In this document: piece after piece, positions 29,585 to 38,428 of the stretch | Numbering within the stretch: the first letter of the stretch is position 1 | Layout of the letters: every line of letters starts with the position of its first letter | Assembly: GCA_039809245.1 (NCBI GenBank) | Contig: JBDHUP010000003.1 | Span: forward strand, 1-39,068 | From: Minisyncoccia bacterium | Lineage (GTDB): Bacteria; Patescibacteriota; Minisyncoccia; Phycocordibacterales; UBA9973 | DNA: 39,068 nucleotides | Direction of reading: 5' to 3' | Position numbers and translations under genes: made by a program | Notes under the pieces: generated by a model | What the model was told of the DNA's origin: nothing | The model's input: the letters and a program-made list of their open reading frames with translations, nothing else | Databases searched by the model: none

Positions 29585-30630
29585 TAGTCAATTAATGAAA
29601 TTATAACTCCTACGATTGCAGACATTATACCTACAATCCAGTACCTCATGGCAATTTTATATTTAGGCCAACCAAGAGCTTCAAAATGGTGATGGAGTGG
29701 TGCAAAAAGAAATACTTTTTTATTAAACAAGCGCCTAGAAATCATTTGTATTAAAGCAGACAAAGAAGTAATAAAAAGAGGAAAAGCAATTATTGGAAGA
29801 AGTAGGACAGTGTCTGTAAGAAAAGCTACCACAGAGAGAGTAACCGTTAATCCAATCATACCTGTTTCTCCCATATAGAAGCGCGCTGGTGGCACATTAA
29901 ACCATAAGAATGCAAGGGTAGCTCCAGTGACGACAGCACAGAAAGTGGCAAGATCTATCTGGTTATTAAAAAAAGCAATAAGTGTATAAGCACCAAAAAT
30001 GGAAGACATAACACCACCTGAAAGACCATCCACTCCATCGATAACACTAGATGACCAAACACCTAACATTATTAGAATAAAAAACGGAATAAAAAGGTAG
30101 CCTAATTGAACAAAACCAAACCAAGGTATGTAGATATCAGATATACCTAACTTAAAGAAGAACCACCAGCCTATGACTATACCAAGGACTACAATTATTC
30201 CAATTTTGATATACCTAAGAACTATAGGATCAGTCACCCACTTACCTTTACTAAAGATCTGTAAAAAGTCATCCCATAGACCTATAAGTGAAGCTACCAG
30301 AAGTGTAAAGAATGGAAGTAGTGTTTGGTTTCTACTTATGAAGTAAAGTTTATTAGTAAGATTTGTATTAAAAATAGTATCTAGAATACTTATTATGAGT
30401 ATCGTTATGATTATAGCGATCCATATTATCATTCCTCCTGTTCGAGGAGTTGTTAACTCAGCTGCTTCATCATGCATTTCTTGGAATTTTGAATCAGTGA
30501 CATTATTACTTCTAGATACTTTCCGCCACATTTTATATTTAAAAAAGTAATGTGTAGCAATCGGAGTCAGTACTATACCGATAATGAAAGTTATAGTAGC
30601 TGGTAAGAATATTTTTAAAGCATTAGTCAT
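29584..30630 (-). CDS. mraY: Phospho-MurNAc-pentapeptide transferase
   Basis: TP..GG, GLWDD, DGVDGL, FN.PPA.FYMGETG, APLHHHFE. Confidence 0.93.
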   Translation of the reverse strand: MTNALKIFLPATITFIIGIVLTPIATHYFFKYKMWRKVSRSNNVTDSKFQEMHDEAAELTTPRTGGMIIWIAIIITILIISILDTIFNTNLTNKLYFISRNQTLLPFFTLLVASLIGLWDDFLQIFSKGKWVTDPIVLRYIKIGIIVVLGIVIGWWFFFKLGISDIYIPWFGFVQLGYLFIPFFILIMLGVWSSSVIDGVDGLSGGVMSSIFGAYTLIAFFNNQIDLATFCAVVTGATLAFLWFNVPPARFYMGETGMIGLTVTLSVVAFLTDTVLLLPIIAFPLFITSLSALIQMISRRLFNKKVFLFAPLHHHFEALGWPKYKIAMRYWIVGIMSAIVGVIISLID

Positions 30631-31165
30631 TGGAATTTTGATTTAGGTTAATAACGTTTTCTAACTGAGATTTTACTTCGACATAATTTGGTAACTTGTC
30701 GATAGATGTAACACCCATATAAGACAAAGTCTCAAATGTTGGTCTGTATAATATACGCCTACTATCTTTCTCATCTATTATTTTCTCAATTAATCCGCGA
30801 ACAAGCAAGTTCCTGAGTATAAAGCTAGAGTTTACTCCACGAATATAATCTATCTCACTTCTAGAAATACCATTCTTGTATAGAATTATAGAAAGGGTGT
30901 CGAGTGATGCTTTAGAGAGTTCCTTAGCTATCTCGTCTTTACGAATTGACTCTATTAGTGGCCCGAGTTCACCATTAATACCCATGATAACTGAGTCATC
31001 TTTACGAACTAAAACTAAACCACGACCTACTAGAGACTGCTCGAGCTTGGTTAAGGCTTGTTCTACTTCATCTGTAGACACCTTAAATAACTCGGCTAAT
31101 TTCTTAACAGATACATCTTCCCCTTTATAAAAAAGTAAACCTTCAATTTTTGATTCTAATTCCAT
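30623..31165 (-). CDS. scpB: SMC-Scp complex subunit ScpB
   Basis: IEGLLF, LSKASLDTLSII.Y, EIDYIRGVNS. Confidence 0.93.
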   Translation of the reverse strand: MELESKIEGLLFYKGEDVSVKKLAELFKVSTDEVEQALTKLEQSLVGRGLVLVRKDDSVIMGINGELGPLIESIRKDEIAKELSKASLDTLSIILYKNGISRSEIDYIRGVNSSFILRNLLVRGLIEKIIDEKDSRRILYRPTFETLSYMGVTSIDKLPNYVEVKSQLENVINLNQNSND

Positions 31166-31192
31166 TTGATTATTAATTAACTTCGCCAGATT

Positions 31193-31951
31193 CTATATGT
31201 CTTGCTTCTTCATCTCTATATCAGCGAAATCTGAATTCTGGATAACATCTATAATACCTTCACGTACTAATTCTAACATAGCTAGGAATGAAACGATAAC
31301 ATGAACTTTCACTTCTTGCTCGTTCTCTGCACCTTGACTCTTTGAGAAATCCTTAAAAGACACATTCATCGCTGTTTGGATTCGATCGGTTAGATTATTT
31401 ATAACCTCATCTATATTTATGATCTTTTTAACTTCGACTTCAGGTAGCTTCTCAACTGGTTTCGGTAAATTCGCAAAAACATCAGAAATAGATTCAAATA
31501 CAGTTGTCGTGTTTATTTTTGGATCTGGTGAGAATAGAGGTTCGGTCCAAGTACGCTCGGTCGGGCTAAAGATTATACTCACTCCGAAATTATTCTGAAT
31601 ATCTACACTTGCTGTCTTTATAATCTGATAAAGCTTAAGCCTGTGCTCAAGGTCAGTAATATTTCCCTCTTCTTCTTCGGTTAGGTTAAGCGATGGTAAG
31701 AGAGATTTTGATTTAATAAGTATAAGAGTTGCCGCAATTAGTATGAAGTATGACACTCCAGCAATACTTTTATTTGAATCATCTTCAGACAAAGAACGCA
31801 CATAAGCTATATAATCATTCGTCACTTCGGCAAGAGAGATCTCGTTTACAAAAAGCTTTCTCTCTTCAATAAGAGAAAGTAGTAACTCAAGTGGTCCTTC
31901 AAATGATCCAGCTTTGACGACATATGTAGATTTTGTCTTTTCTTCTGGCAT
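31193..31951 (-). CDS. scpA: Segregation/condensation protein A (kleisin)
   Basis: FEGPLELLL.LI, AATL..IKSK.LLP, FLAMLEL. Confidence 0.94.
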   Translation of the reverse strand: MPEEKTKSTYVVKAGSFEGPLELLLSLIEERKLFVNEISLAEVTNDYIAYVRSLSEDDSNKSIAGVSYFILIAATLILIKSKSLLPSLNLTEEEEGNITDLEHRLKLYQIIKTASVDIQNNFGVSIIFSPTERTWTEPLFSPDPKINTTTVFESISDVFANLPKPVEKLPEVEVKKIINIDEVINNLTDRIQTAMNVSFKDFSKSQGAENEQEVKVHVIVSFLAMLELVREGIIDVIQNSDFADIEMKKQDI

Positions 31952-31952
31952 A

Positions 31953-32342
31953 CTAGCTTTTTATTTTATTAGCGTAACTTTCTATTTCTGAATTTGAATC
32001 ATATTTAATATGGTTCCAGTGTACTATCTGATCGCCATTATATCTAGGAATAAGATGTATATGAAAATGCCCAACTTCTTCGCCAACTACACTTACTTGG
32101 ACATAATCGCAAGGTAACTTTTCTTTCATTTTTCTCATAAGTTCTTTCGCAAAAATGAAAATTTTACTCACTATGTTGTCATCTGTTTCATGCATCCATC
32201 TACTATGGGCTTTTGGTATTAAAAGAATATGACCTTTAGCTACAGGATTTATATCTAAGAAAGCATAAAATTCTGCATCATCATATACAGAAACTGAAGG
32301 AATTTCACTTTTAGATATCTTACAAAATATGCAATCTTCCAT
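31953..32342 (-). CDS. HIT-family nucleotide hydrolase
   Basis: CIFCKI, FLDINP..GH.L.IPK.H, HFHIHLIPR. Confidence 0.93.
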   Translation of the reverse strand: MEDCIFCKISKSEIPSVSVYDDAEFYAFLDINPVAKGHILLIPKAHSRWMHETDDNIVSKIFIFAKELMRKMKEKLPCDYVQVSVVGEEVGHFHIHLIPRYNGDQIVHWNHIKYDSNSEIESYANKIKS

Positions 32343-32373
32343 AATCCCCTTATTCTACCTTAAAATTAGGCAC

Positions 32374-32403
32374 AAAAAAAGCCTTCCATAATGGAAAGCT
32401 TTT
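32374..32403 (-). terminator. Intrinsic terminator after metalloprotease gene
   Basis: Minus strand AGCTTTCCAT-T-ATGGAAGGCT followed by T-run. Confidence 0.7.
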
Positions 32404-32423
32404 CGTTTTATAATTTTACTTAA

Positions 32424-33527
32424 TTATCCTTGCGGGTAATCAAGGATGCAGGTCGTGTGACCTTCACCTGGAATAAATACTGCATTAGTGAATTTTTTAA
32501 ATTTAATAAACCAATACTTATTACCTTTTGCAATCTGCACACTCGCTGATAATGAAGTTGTAGTGCTTACTGATTTTACAAATTTATAATTTGCATTGTA
32601 AACTTCCATTATAACAGGCCAATCACCGCCAGACGTAACAGTTATTGTTATCGCTGAATTTGATTTTCCTTTAATTCGGCAAACATCTCCTCCATCATTA
32701 GGAGTAAGGACACATGAAAATAGTTGGCCTACAACATGTTTATCAGTCCATGTTTGAGGTGTGTCAGGATATTCATCATCTTTCAATCCTAATATTGGAG
32801 TCAAATGCGCAACATCTGCAATTGTCCAAGGGTTAAAGTTCCCTTGATTAAACTGCCCCATGATATTGGCTTTAGTTAAAAATCCTGACCCTCCATTTTC
32901 ATATGAATGATCAAGTCCAAATACATGACCGGATTCGTGAGCTTCAAGATCGCCCAAGTCATCAATCAGATCATTAGGATTTGCATAATTAGCAAGTACG
33001 AATGATGGTACATCTATACCCCAAAGGTAAGAATTTTTCCATGAGGAGCCGGTAACCTGGCCCAGTACTGTTGTTATCCCTACAACCTGAATTGTGCGAT
33101 GGTAAACATCGTAGGTCAGGAAAATATTTTCATCGTCAGTAATTAAAACATTAAATAAAGCAAAGTGTTCACGGTTAACTTCCAATGAACTTTGGAAAAT
33201 ATTCTCATTTATCGGATTAACATCAAACGGAACACCACTGTTCCAATTCGGGTCTTCAATATGAGCGCCGTTCTTCATGAGGATCACTCTTGTATACCAA
33301 CCACTGGCAGTGCAGGTATTCGCGGTTTTGCCACGTAATTCGGCAGCTTTTTTTGCTGCTTCTGTTCTTTGCGGATTTTCATAAACGGCATCCCGTAATT
33401 CTTTTTTGGGATTGTTCTGTACAACTTCAGGTTTCCTGTTTAAATCCTGAAGTTCTTCTTTTTTGTTGCAACTTTGTGCAAATAAAAGAATCATTGCGGC
33501 TGCTACCGCTACTAAAGCTTTCTTCAT
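32424..33527 (-). CDS. Putative lipoprotein zinc metalloprotease (metzincin)
   Basis: Lipobox-like AQSC followed by NKKE; HESGHVFGLDH; Met-turn NIMG; beta-rich C-terminal domain. Confidence 0.82.
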   Translation of the reverse strand: MKKALVAVAAAMILLFAQSCNKKEELQDLNRKPEVVQNNPKKELRDAVYENPQRTEAAKKAAELRGKTANTCTASGWYTRVILMKNGAHIEDPNWNSGVPFDVNPINENIFQSSLEVNREHFALFNVLITDDENIFLTYDVYHRTIQVVGITTVLGQVTGSSWKNSYLWGIDVPSFVLANYANPNDLIDDLGDLEAHESGHVFGLDHSYENGGSGFLTKANIMGQFNQGNFNPWTIADVAHLTPILGLKDDEYPDTPQTWTDKHVVGQLFSCVLTPNDGGDVCRIKGKSNSAITITVTSGGDWPVIMEVYNANYKFVKSVSTTTSLSASVQIAKGNKYWFIKFKKFTNAVFIPGEGHTTCILDYPQG

Positions 33528-33624
33528 GTGTGTATTTAGTTTGAAGGTTAATTAAAACAAAAACCACGAAGTGTGTTCTTGAGCTTTGTTTTAATTAACC
33601 TTATGACAAAGAGCCAATATTCAC

Positions 33625-33663
33625 ATTGGCTCTCATCTTACCATATTTTAATAGAAAAGTCAA
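33625..33663 (-). promoter_or_regulatory. Sigma70-type promoter of the 367-aa protease
   Basis: Minus strand TTGACT-N17-TAAGAT with extended TG; coordinates approximate. Confidence 0.55.
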
Positions 33664-33665
33664 TA

Positions 33666-34283
33666 CTAGTTATATGCTAATAATGACTTATCAACATTAA
33701 GTTTTAAACCTATATTTGAAGCCAGTTTAGCGACATCATCACTAGTCCAATTTGCATATCCTTCTCCGGCAAAGTTCCCCATTATGCTGTTATTTAATTC
33801 ATCATCAAGTCCAAACATATGACCAGATTCATGAGCTATAACATTGTTTATATCACTAAGCATTTCTTTAGGATTGCAATTATTAGTTAGAACAAAACCT
33901 GGTGTATCATCACCCCAAAGATACGAACTATTCCATGAATATCCAGTATAAGGGCCCAATATCGAAGTACTACCTACGATAATTGTTGTTCTATGAAAAG
34001 GATCGAATGCAGAGAAAACTTTATAATCAGTAGTTAAAACTACATTAAACTCACTGAAGTGATCACTAGCTAAAGCAACTGCTTTATTAAAAATTTCTTT
34101 ATTAGAGTATGGTTTAACAACAAAAGAGATACCGTTGTTCCAGTTTTTATTTTTTACAACCCCACCATTTTTAACATAAATTACGCGAGTAGATTTAATA
34201 GATTCTTTCGCGAAAGTACTAGTAGGGTTAGATAGTACTACTAGGGCGAAAAATATTAGAGATAATATTTTTATATGTTTCAT
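33666..34283 (-). CDS. Secreted minimal zinc metalloprotease, paralog of 32424-33527
   Basis: Signal peptide; HESGHMFGLDD (HExxHxxGxxD); SIMG Met-turn; shared SW..SYLWG.D.P.FVL. Confidence 0.8.
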   Translation of the reverse strand: MKHIKILSLIFFALVVLSNPTSTFAKESIKSTRVIYVKNGGVVKNKNWNNGISFVVKPYSNKEIFNKAVALASDHFSEFNVVLTTDYKVFSAFDPFHRTTIIVGSTSILGPYTGYSWNSSYLWGDDTPGFVLTNNCNPKEMLSDINNVIAHESGHMFGLDDELNNSIMGNFAGEGYANWTSDDVAKLASNIGLKLNVDKSLLAYN

Positions 34284-34318
34284 CTCTAAATAATACCATA
34301 TTTATGTATAAAAGTCAA

Positions 34319-35668
34319 CTAGTATCCGTCACTATTGAGTTTCTCGTCGATTCGATTCATATCTCTTGGGAACATACATGCTTCACGAATGTTCTTTAAA
34401 CCGAGAATTTGCATTGTTATACGCTCAGCTCCGAAAGCAAATCCCCCTTCAGGTGGTACTCCATACTTGAAAGCTTCTAAGAACATTTTAATTTTATTTG
34501 GATCCATATTCCAAGTCTTTACATGTTCTTGTAATTGCTTATAATCGTTTATTCTTCGTCCACCAGATAGCCACTCTACTCCGCGACATATTAGGTCCAT
34601 TCCTTCATTAACTTCTGGATTCTCTACACTTGGATATACATAGAAAGGTTTCTGTCTTGTTGGATATCCATATATAAAAACGAAGTCGGAACCTGTTTCT
34701 TCTTTTATTATTTCACAAATTTCTCTTTCATCTTGTGGGTTTGTATCTTTATCCCCTCTAACATCGCGACCAGTTTTCTCAAATATTTTCTGTTGAACTT
34801 CAGCAAGTGTTAGTGTAGGTGTTTTTTCTATCATTACTGGAAGTGTCGCATCTAGTAACTTAAGATCTTCCTTATTCTTTAACTCAACTTGAGAAAGTAT
34901 GTACCTAACTGTCTCTTCAGCCATATCGCGTACATCTGTCCACGAATCTATAAATGCCATTTCAGCATCAAGAGAGACTATTTCTGTTAAGTGGCGTGTA
35001 GTTGAAGAAGGTTCAGCTCTGAAAACTTTGTTGACAGAGAAGCATCGCTCAAAGGCCGACATTACAATTTGCTTGTATAACTGTGGTGATTGAGTTAGAT
35101 ATGCTTTCTTGTCAAAGTATCCTACCTGGAAAACTTCCGCTCCACCTTCTGCTGTAGCTGGAGTTATGGACGGTGCTTGAAATTCGAAGAATTTATTCTT
35201 CTTCATAAATTCACGGAATGAATCTATGATAGTTTCTTGAACTTTAAATATCGCCTGGACTTTAGCTTGTCTTAATACTAGTGATCTATTATCAAGCTCA
35301 GTTGTTAGCTCTAAGTTATATCCATCAAGAGACATATCAAATGGCAGCGGAGCAGCTTCAGCTAGTATCTCTACATTTGTTATCTCAAGTTCAATATCAC
35401 CATTGAGTACTCCTTCTTTAACATTTTTCTCGGGACGTTTATTCACGATACCAGTAACTTTAAGAACCCATTCTGTTCTTACTTCTTTGACTTGTTCCAT
35501 AGCCTCAGTATGGTTAGGTAGGACAACACACTGGACCTTTCCAGACATATCTCTCATATCCATAAAAACAAGTTTACCTTGATCTCGGCGAACATCTACC
35601 CAACCCGAAATAATGGCTTCTTTACCTATGTGTTCTTTTAAATCTTTTATATATGTACGGTTAATCAT
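34319..35668 (-). CDS. aspS: Aspartate--tRNA ligase, short archaeal/eukaryote-like type (probably non-discriminating)
   Basis: GWV..RD.G OB fold, EGGA, LTQSPQLYKQ, FRAE..RH..E, PP.GG.AFG.ER; no GAD insert (449 aa). Confidence 0.88.
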   Translation of the reverse strand: MINRTYIKDLKEHIGKEAIISGWVDVRRDQGKLVFMDMRDMSGKVQCVVLPNHTEAMEQVKEVRTEWVLKVTGIVNKRPEKNVKEGVLNGDIELEITNVEILAEAAPLPFDMSLDGYNLELTTELDNRSLVLRQAKVQAIFKVQETIIDSFREFMKKNKFFEFQAPSITPATAEGGAEVFQVGYFDKKAYLTQSPQLYKQIVMSAFERCFSVNKVFRAEPSSTTRHLTEIVSLDAEMAFIDSWTDVRDMAEETVRYILSQVELKNKEDLKLLDATLPVMIEKTPTLTLAEVQQKIFEKTGRDVRGDKDTNPQDEREICEIIKEETGSDFVFIYGYPTRQKPFYVYPSVENPEVNEGMDLICRGVEWLSGGRRINDYKQLQEHVKTWNMDPNKIKMFLEAFKYGVPPEGGFAFGAERITMQILGLKNIREACMFPRDMNRIDEKLNSDGY

Positions 35669-35691
35669 GCTTATCTAATGTATCACAGATT

Positions 35692-35907
35692 TTAATGAGC
35701 TGCGAATTTACTGATAAATTCATATGGAGCAGAAATGATATAGGTAATTGCCACAAGTATCCAATAGAACGGAGAAAAAGCATAGAAGACAACTATGTCT
35801 TTCTTCTTCATACCAAAGTGCCATTTCTGCACCATTAGATAAAGTCTGTTTATAGGGATATAAATTATACCAAGAGTTATAAGTAATATAGTAGCTATAT
35901 ATTTCAT
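35692..35907 (-). CDS. Small two-TM membrane protein
   Basis: Two hydrophobic segments, tightly packed between trpS and aspS. Confidence 0.65.
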   Translation of the reverse strand: MKYIATILLITLGIIYIPINRLYLMVQKWHFGMKKKDIVVFYAFSPFYWILVAITYIISAPYEFISKFAAH

Positions 35908-35910
35908 AAA

Positions 35911-36882
35911 TTAAATATTTACACCCACGCTTGCTCTTATTATGTTCATTTTTTTATCAACGACTTCTTTGGCTTTCTTTGCACCATCTTTTAAAATACT
36001 CACAACTTGATCTGGATTGTTTTCATATTCCTTACGCTTTTCCCTCATCGGAGAAATATAAGAAATAATTTCGCTTAACAACATATCTTTAGATTCTTTA
36101 TACCCTAGTCCACCTTCTGTGTATCTTTTCCTTAGACTACTAAGTTCATCACTATTTAAGAATAGTTTATGAAGTGCAAATATATTACAGGTTTCTGGGT
36201 CTTTTGGTTCCTCTGGAGTTTTTGAATCAGTGACTATACTCATAACAGCTTTTTTTATTTCCTCATCTGTTCCGAAAAGTGGAATAGTATTGCCATAACT
36301 TTTAGACATTTTTCTTCCATCAGTACCTGGAACAACTGCAACTTCTTTTAAGATAAGTGGTTCTGGTAATTTAAATGTCTCACCAAAGATATTGTTAAAC
36401 TTCTGCGCAGTATCACGAGCGTATTCTACGTGCTGTTTTTGATCAGCTCCGACGGGAACGACATCTGCATCTTGAATTAAAATATCTGCAGCCATAAGTA
36501 ACGGGTAGTCGAAAAGTCCTACTGTTACTTCTTTGGCTTTTTGATTCGCATCTTTATAAGTTGTAGCTCTCTCAAGGTAAGCCATAGTTGTAATACAATT
36601 AAAATACCAAGCAAGTTCTGCAACTTCAGGAATATCAGATTGTTTGAACAAAGTTACTTTCTTAGGATCGAGTCCGCACGCCAGATAATCCATGGCTACG
36701 TTCATAATATGTTTTGAAAGAGTCTCTTTATCTTGGATGGTAGTTATAGCATGTAAGTCAGCGATAAATATTGATGAATCATATTTATCCTGTAGGTCTA
36801 CAAACTGCTTGATAGCGCCAAAATAATTACCTATGTGCATAGTGCCTGAAGGTTGAATACCTGAAAGTAATCGTTTTTCCAT
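35911..36882 (-). CDS. trpS: Tryptophan--tRNA ligase
   Basis: SGIQPSG.MHIGNY.G, YP.LMAADIL, VPVG.DQ.QH, KMSKS; start moved to MEKRLL. Confidence 0.98.
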   Translation of the reverse strand: MEKRLLSGIQPSGTMHIGNYFGAIKQFVDLQDKYDSSIFIADLHAITTIQDKETLSKHIMNVAMDYLACGLDPKKVTLFKQSDIPEVAELAWYFNCITTMAYLERATTYKDANQKAKEVTVGLFDYPLLMAADILIQDADVVPVGADQKQHVEYARDTAQKFNNIFGETFKLPEPLILKEVAVVPGTDGRKMSKSYGNTIPLFGTDEEIKKAVMSIVTDSKTPEEPKDPETCNIFALHKLFLNSDELSSLRKRYTEGGLGYKESKDMLLSEIISYISPMREKRKEYENNPDQVVSILKDGAKKAKEVVDKKMNIIRASVGVNI

Positions 36883-36919
36883 ATAGATAGATATTACCAA
36901 AAAACCAATAGTTTTGCAC

Positions 36920-36957
36920 ACCTGCCTGCTTTGCCTGCGCAAGCATGGCAGGCAGGT
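36920..36957. repeat. GC-rich REP-like palindrome
   Basis: acctgcctgc-N18-gcaggcaggt in an otherwise AT-rich intergenic region. Confidence 0.75.
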
Positions 36958-37033
36958 TTTACCCACAACTTATCAAGAGGTTTATTAAGAGTTTTAATTT
37001 TTGACAAATTCCTATTATGCTACAATAGGTCCT

Positions 37034-38425
37034 ATGGCAGACAAAAAAACAAACCTAAGAATTCCTCCACAAAGCGTAGATTCTGAGAAAGCTGTTCTCG
37101 GGTCAATAATGCTCCGTCCAGGTGCAATTCATGAGATAAATGACATCATCCAAGCAGATTCATTCTATGCTTCTAAGCACTCTCAAATTTATAAAATAAT
37201 GCTAGAGCTATCTAGTAAGGGTGAGCCTATTGATATACTATCTGTCACTCATAAATTGACAGAGAAAGGACTGCTCGAACAAATTGGTGGTAGTAATTAT
37301 TTAAGTGAACTTACCAATGCCGTACCATCATCTACAAATATTAAACACTATGCTGAAATAGTCGCCAAGAAACATATCTTAAGAAAAATAATCGAAGCTG
37401 GAGTCGATATATCTGAACTTGGTTTTCGTGAAGAAGTTGAAAATGTTTTCGAAATTCTTGATCAAGCTGAAAAGCGGATGATGGGTATCAATAATAATGC
37501 TGGTAGCCACACTTTCAAATCATTAAAGGATAGCTTGCCAGAAGCTTGGGATAGACTTGAGAAACTTCACGAAAGCAAAGGTGAACTCCGAGGTGTACCT
37601 ACTGGCTTCCACGACCTTGATCAATACTTATCAGGACTTCAAAAATCAGATCTTATTATCCTTGCAGCTCGCCCATCTATGGGAAAAACTACTCTCGCGC
37701 TTGATATAGCTCGCCAAGCTGCAGGTAAAAGTAGTATTCCTACTATTATATTCTCTCTTGAAATGAGTACACAACAATTAGTCGATAGACTCCTTGCCGC
37801 CGAATCAAAAGTAAACGCTTGGAATCTGCGTACTGGTAATCTTTCAGCTGAAAGTGAATTTTCTAAAATTCGTGATTCATTAGACAGACTTTCTAAAGCT
37901 CCAATATATGTGGATGATATGGCTGGTAACTCGATAGTTCGTATGCGCTCAGTATGCCGTCGTATAAGAGCTGAGCATGGATTAGGATTAATTATTGTTG
38001 ACTACCTTCAGCTTATGTCTACATCAAAGAACTATGACAGTATGGTCAACCAAGTTACTGAGATATCTAGATCTCTTAAAGCACTTGCTAAAGAGTTTGA
38101 TGTCCCAGTTATTGCTCTATCACAGCTATCTCGTGCAGTTGAGAGTCGTGGTGGACGCCCACGCCTATCTGACCTTCGTGACTCTGGATCTATCGAACAG
38201 GACGCTGATGTCGTGATGTTCATCCATCGTGAAGATAAAGGTAAGGATGAATCAGAACGTACAAACATCGCTGAAATATTAATCGAGAAACACCGAAATG
38301 GTCCTGTCGGCAAAGTCGATCTATACTTCGATGAGAAGACTACGACATTTATGACTATTGAGAAAAATAATATAAATCAACTTGCTTCATCTTTCCAAAC
38401 TGGTGGAGATATAGACGAATTTTAA
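37034..38425 (+). CDS. dnaB: Replicative DNA helicase
   Basis: PPQS..SE.AVLG, AARPSMGKT, FSLEMS, DYLQL, SQLSR, DLRDSGSIEQDAD, KHRNGP; start at MADKK. Confidence 0.98.
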   Translation: MADKKTNLRIPPQSVDSEKAVLGSIMLRPGAIHEINDIIQADSFYASKHSQIYKIMLELSSKGEPIDILSVTHKLTEKGLLEQIGGSNYLSELTNAVPSSTNIKHYAEIVAKKHILRKIIEAGVDISELGFREEVENVFEILDQAEKRMMGINNNAGSHTFKSLKDSLPEAWDRLEKLHESKGELRGVPTGFHDLDQYLSGLQKSDLIILAARPSMGKTTLALDIARQAAGKSSIPTIIFSLEMSTQQLVDRLLAAESKVNAWNLRTGNLSAESEFSKIRDSLDRLSKAPIYVDDMAGNSIVRMRSVCRRIRAEHGLGLIIVDYLQLMSTSKNYDSMVNQVTEISRSLKALAKEFDVPVIALSQLSRAVESRGGRPRLSDLRDSGSIEQDADVVMFIHREDKGKDESERTNIAEILIEKHRNGPVGKVDLYFDEKTTTFMTIEKNNINQLASSFQTGGDIDEF

Positions 38426-38428
38426 TGT

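Noticed and set aside
36883-36966. N-terminal extension MGKTCLPCLRRQSRQV on TrpS
   Set aside because: It is a translation of the intergenic palindrome; an extended -10 box sits 8 nt before the MEKRLL start
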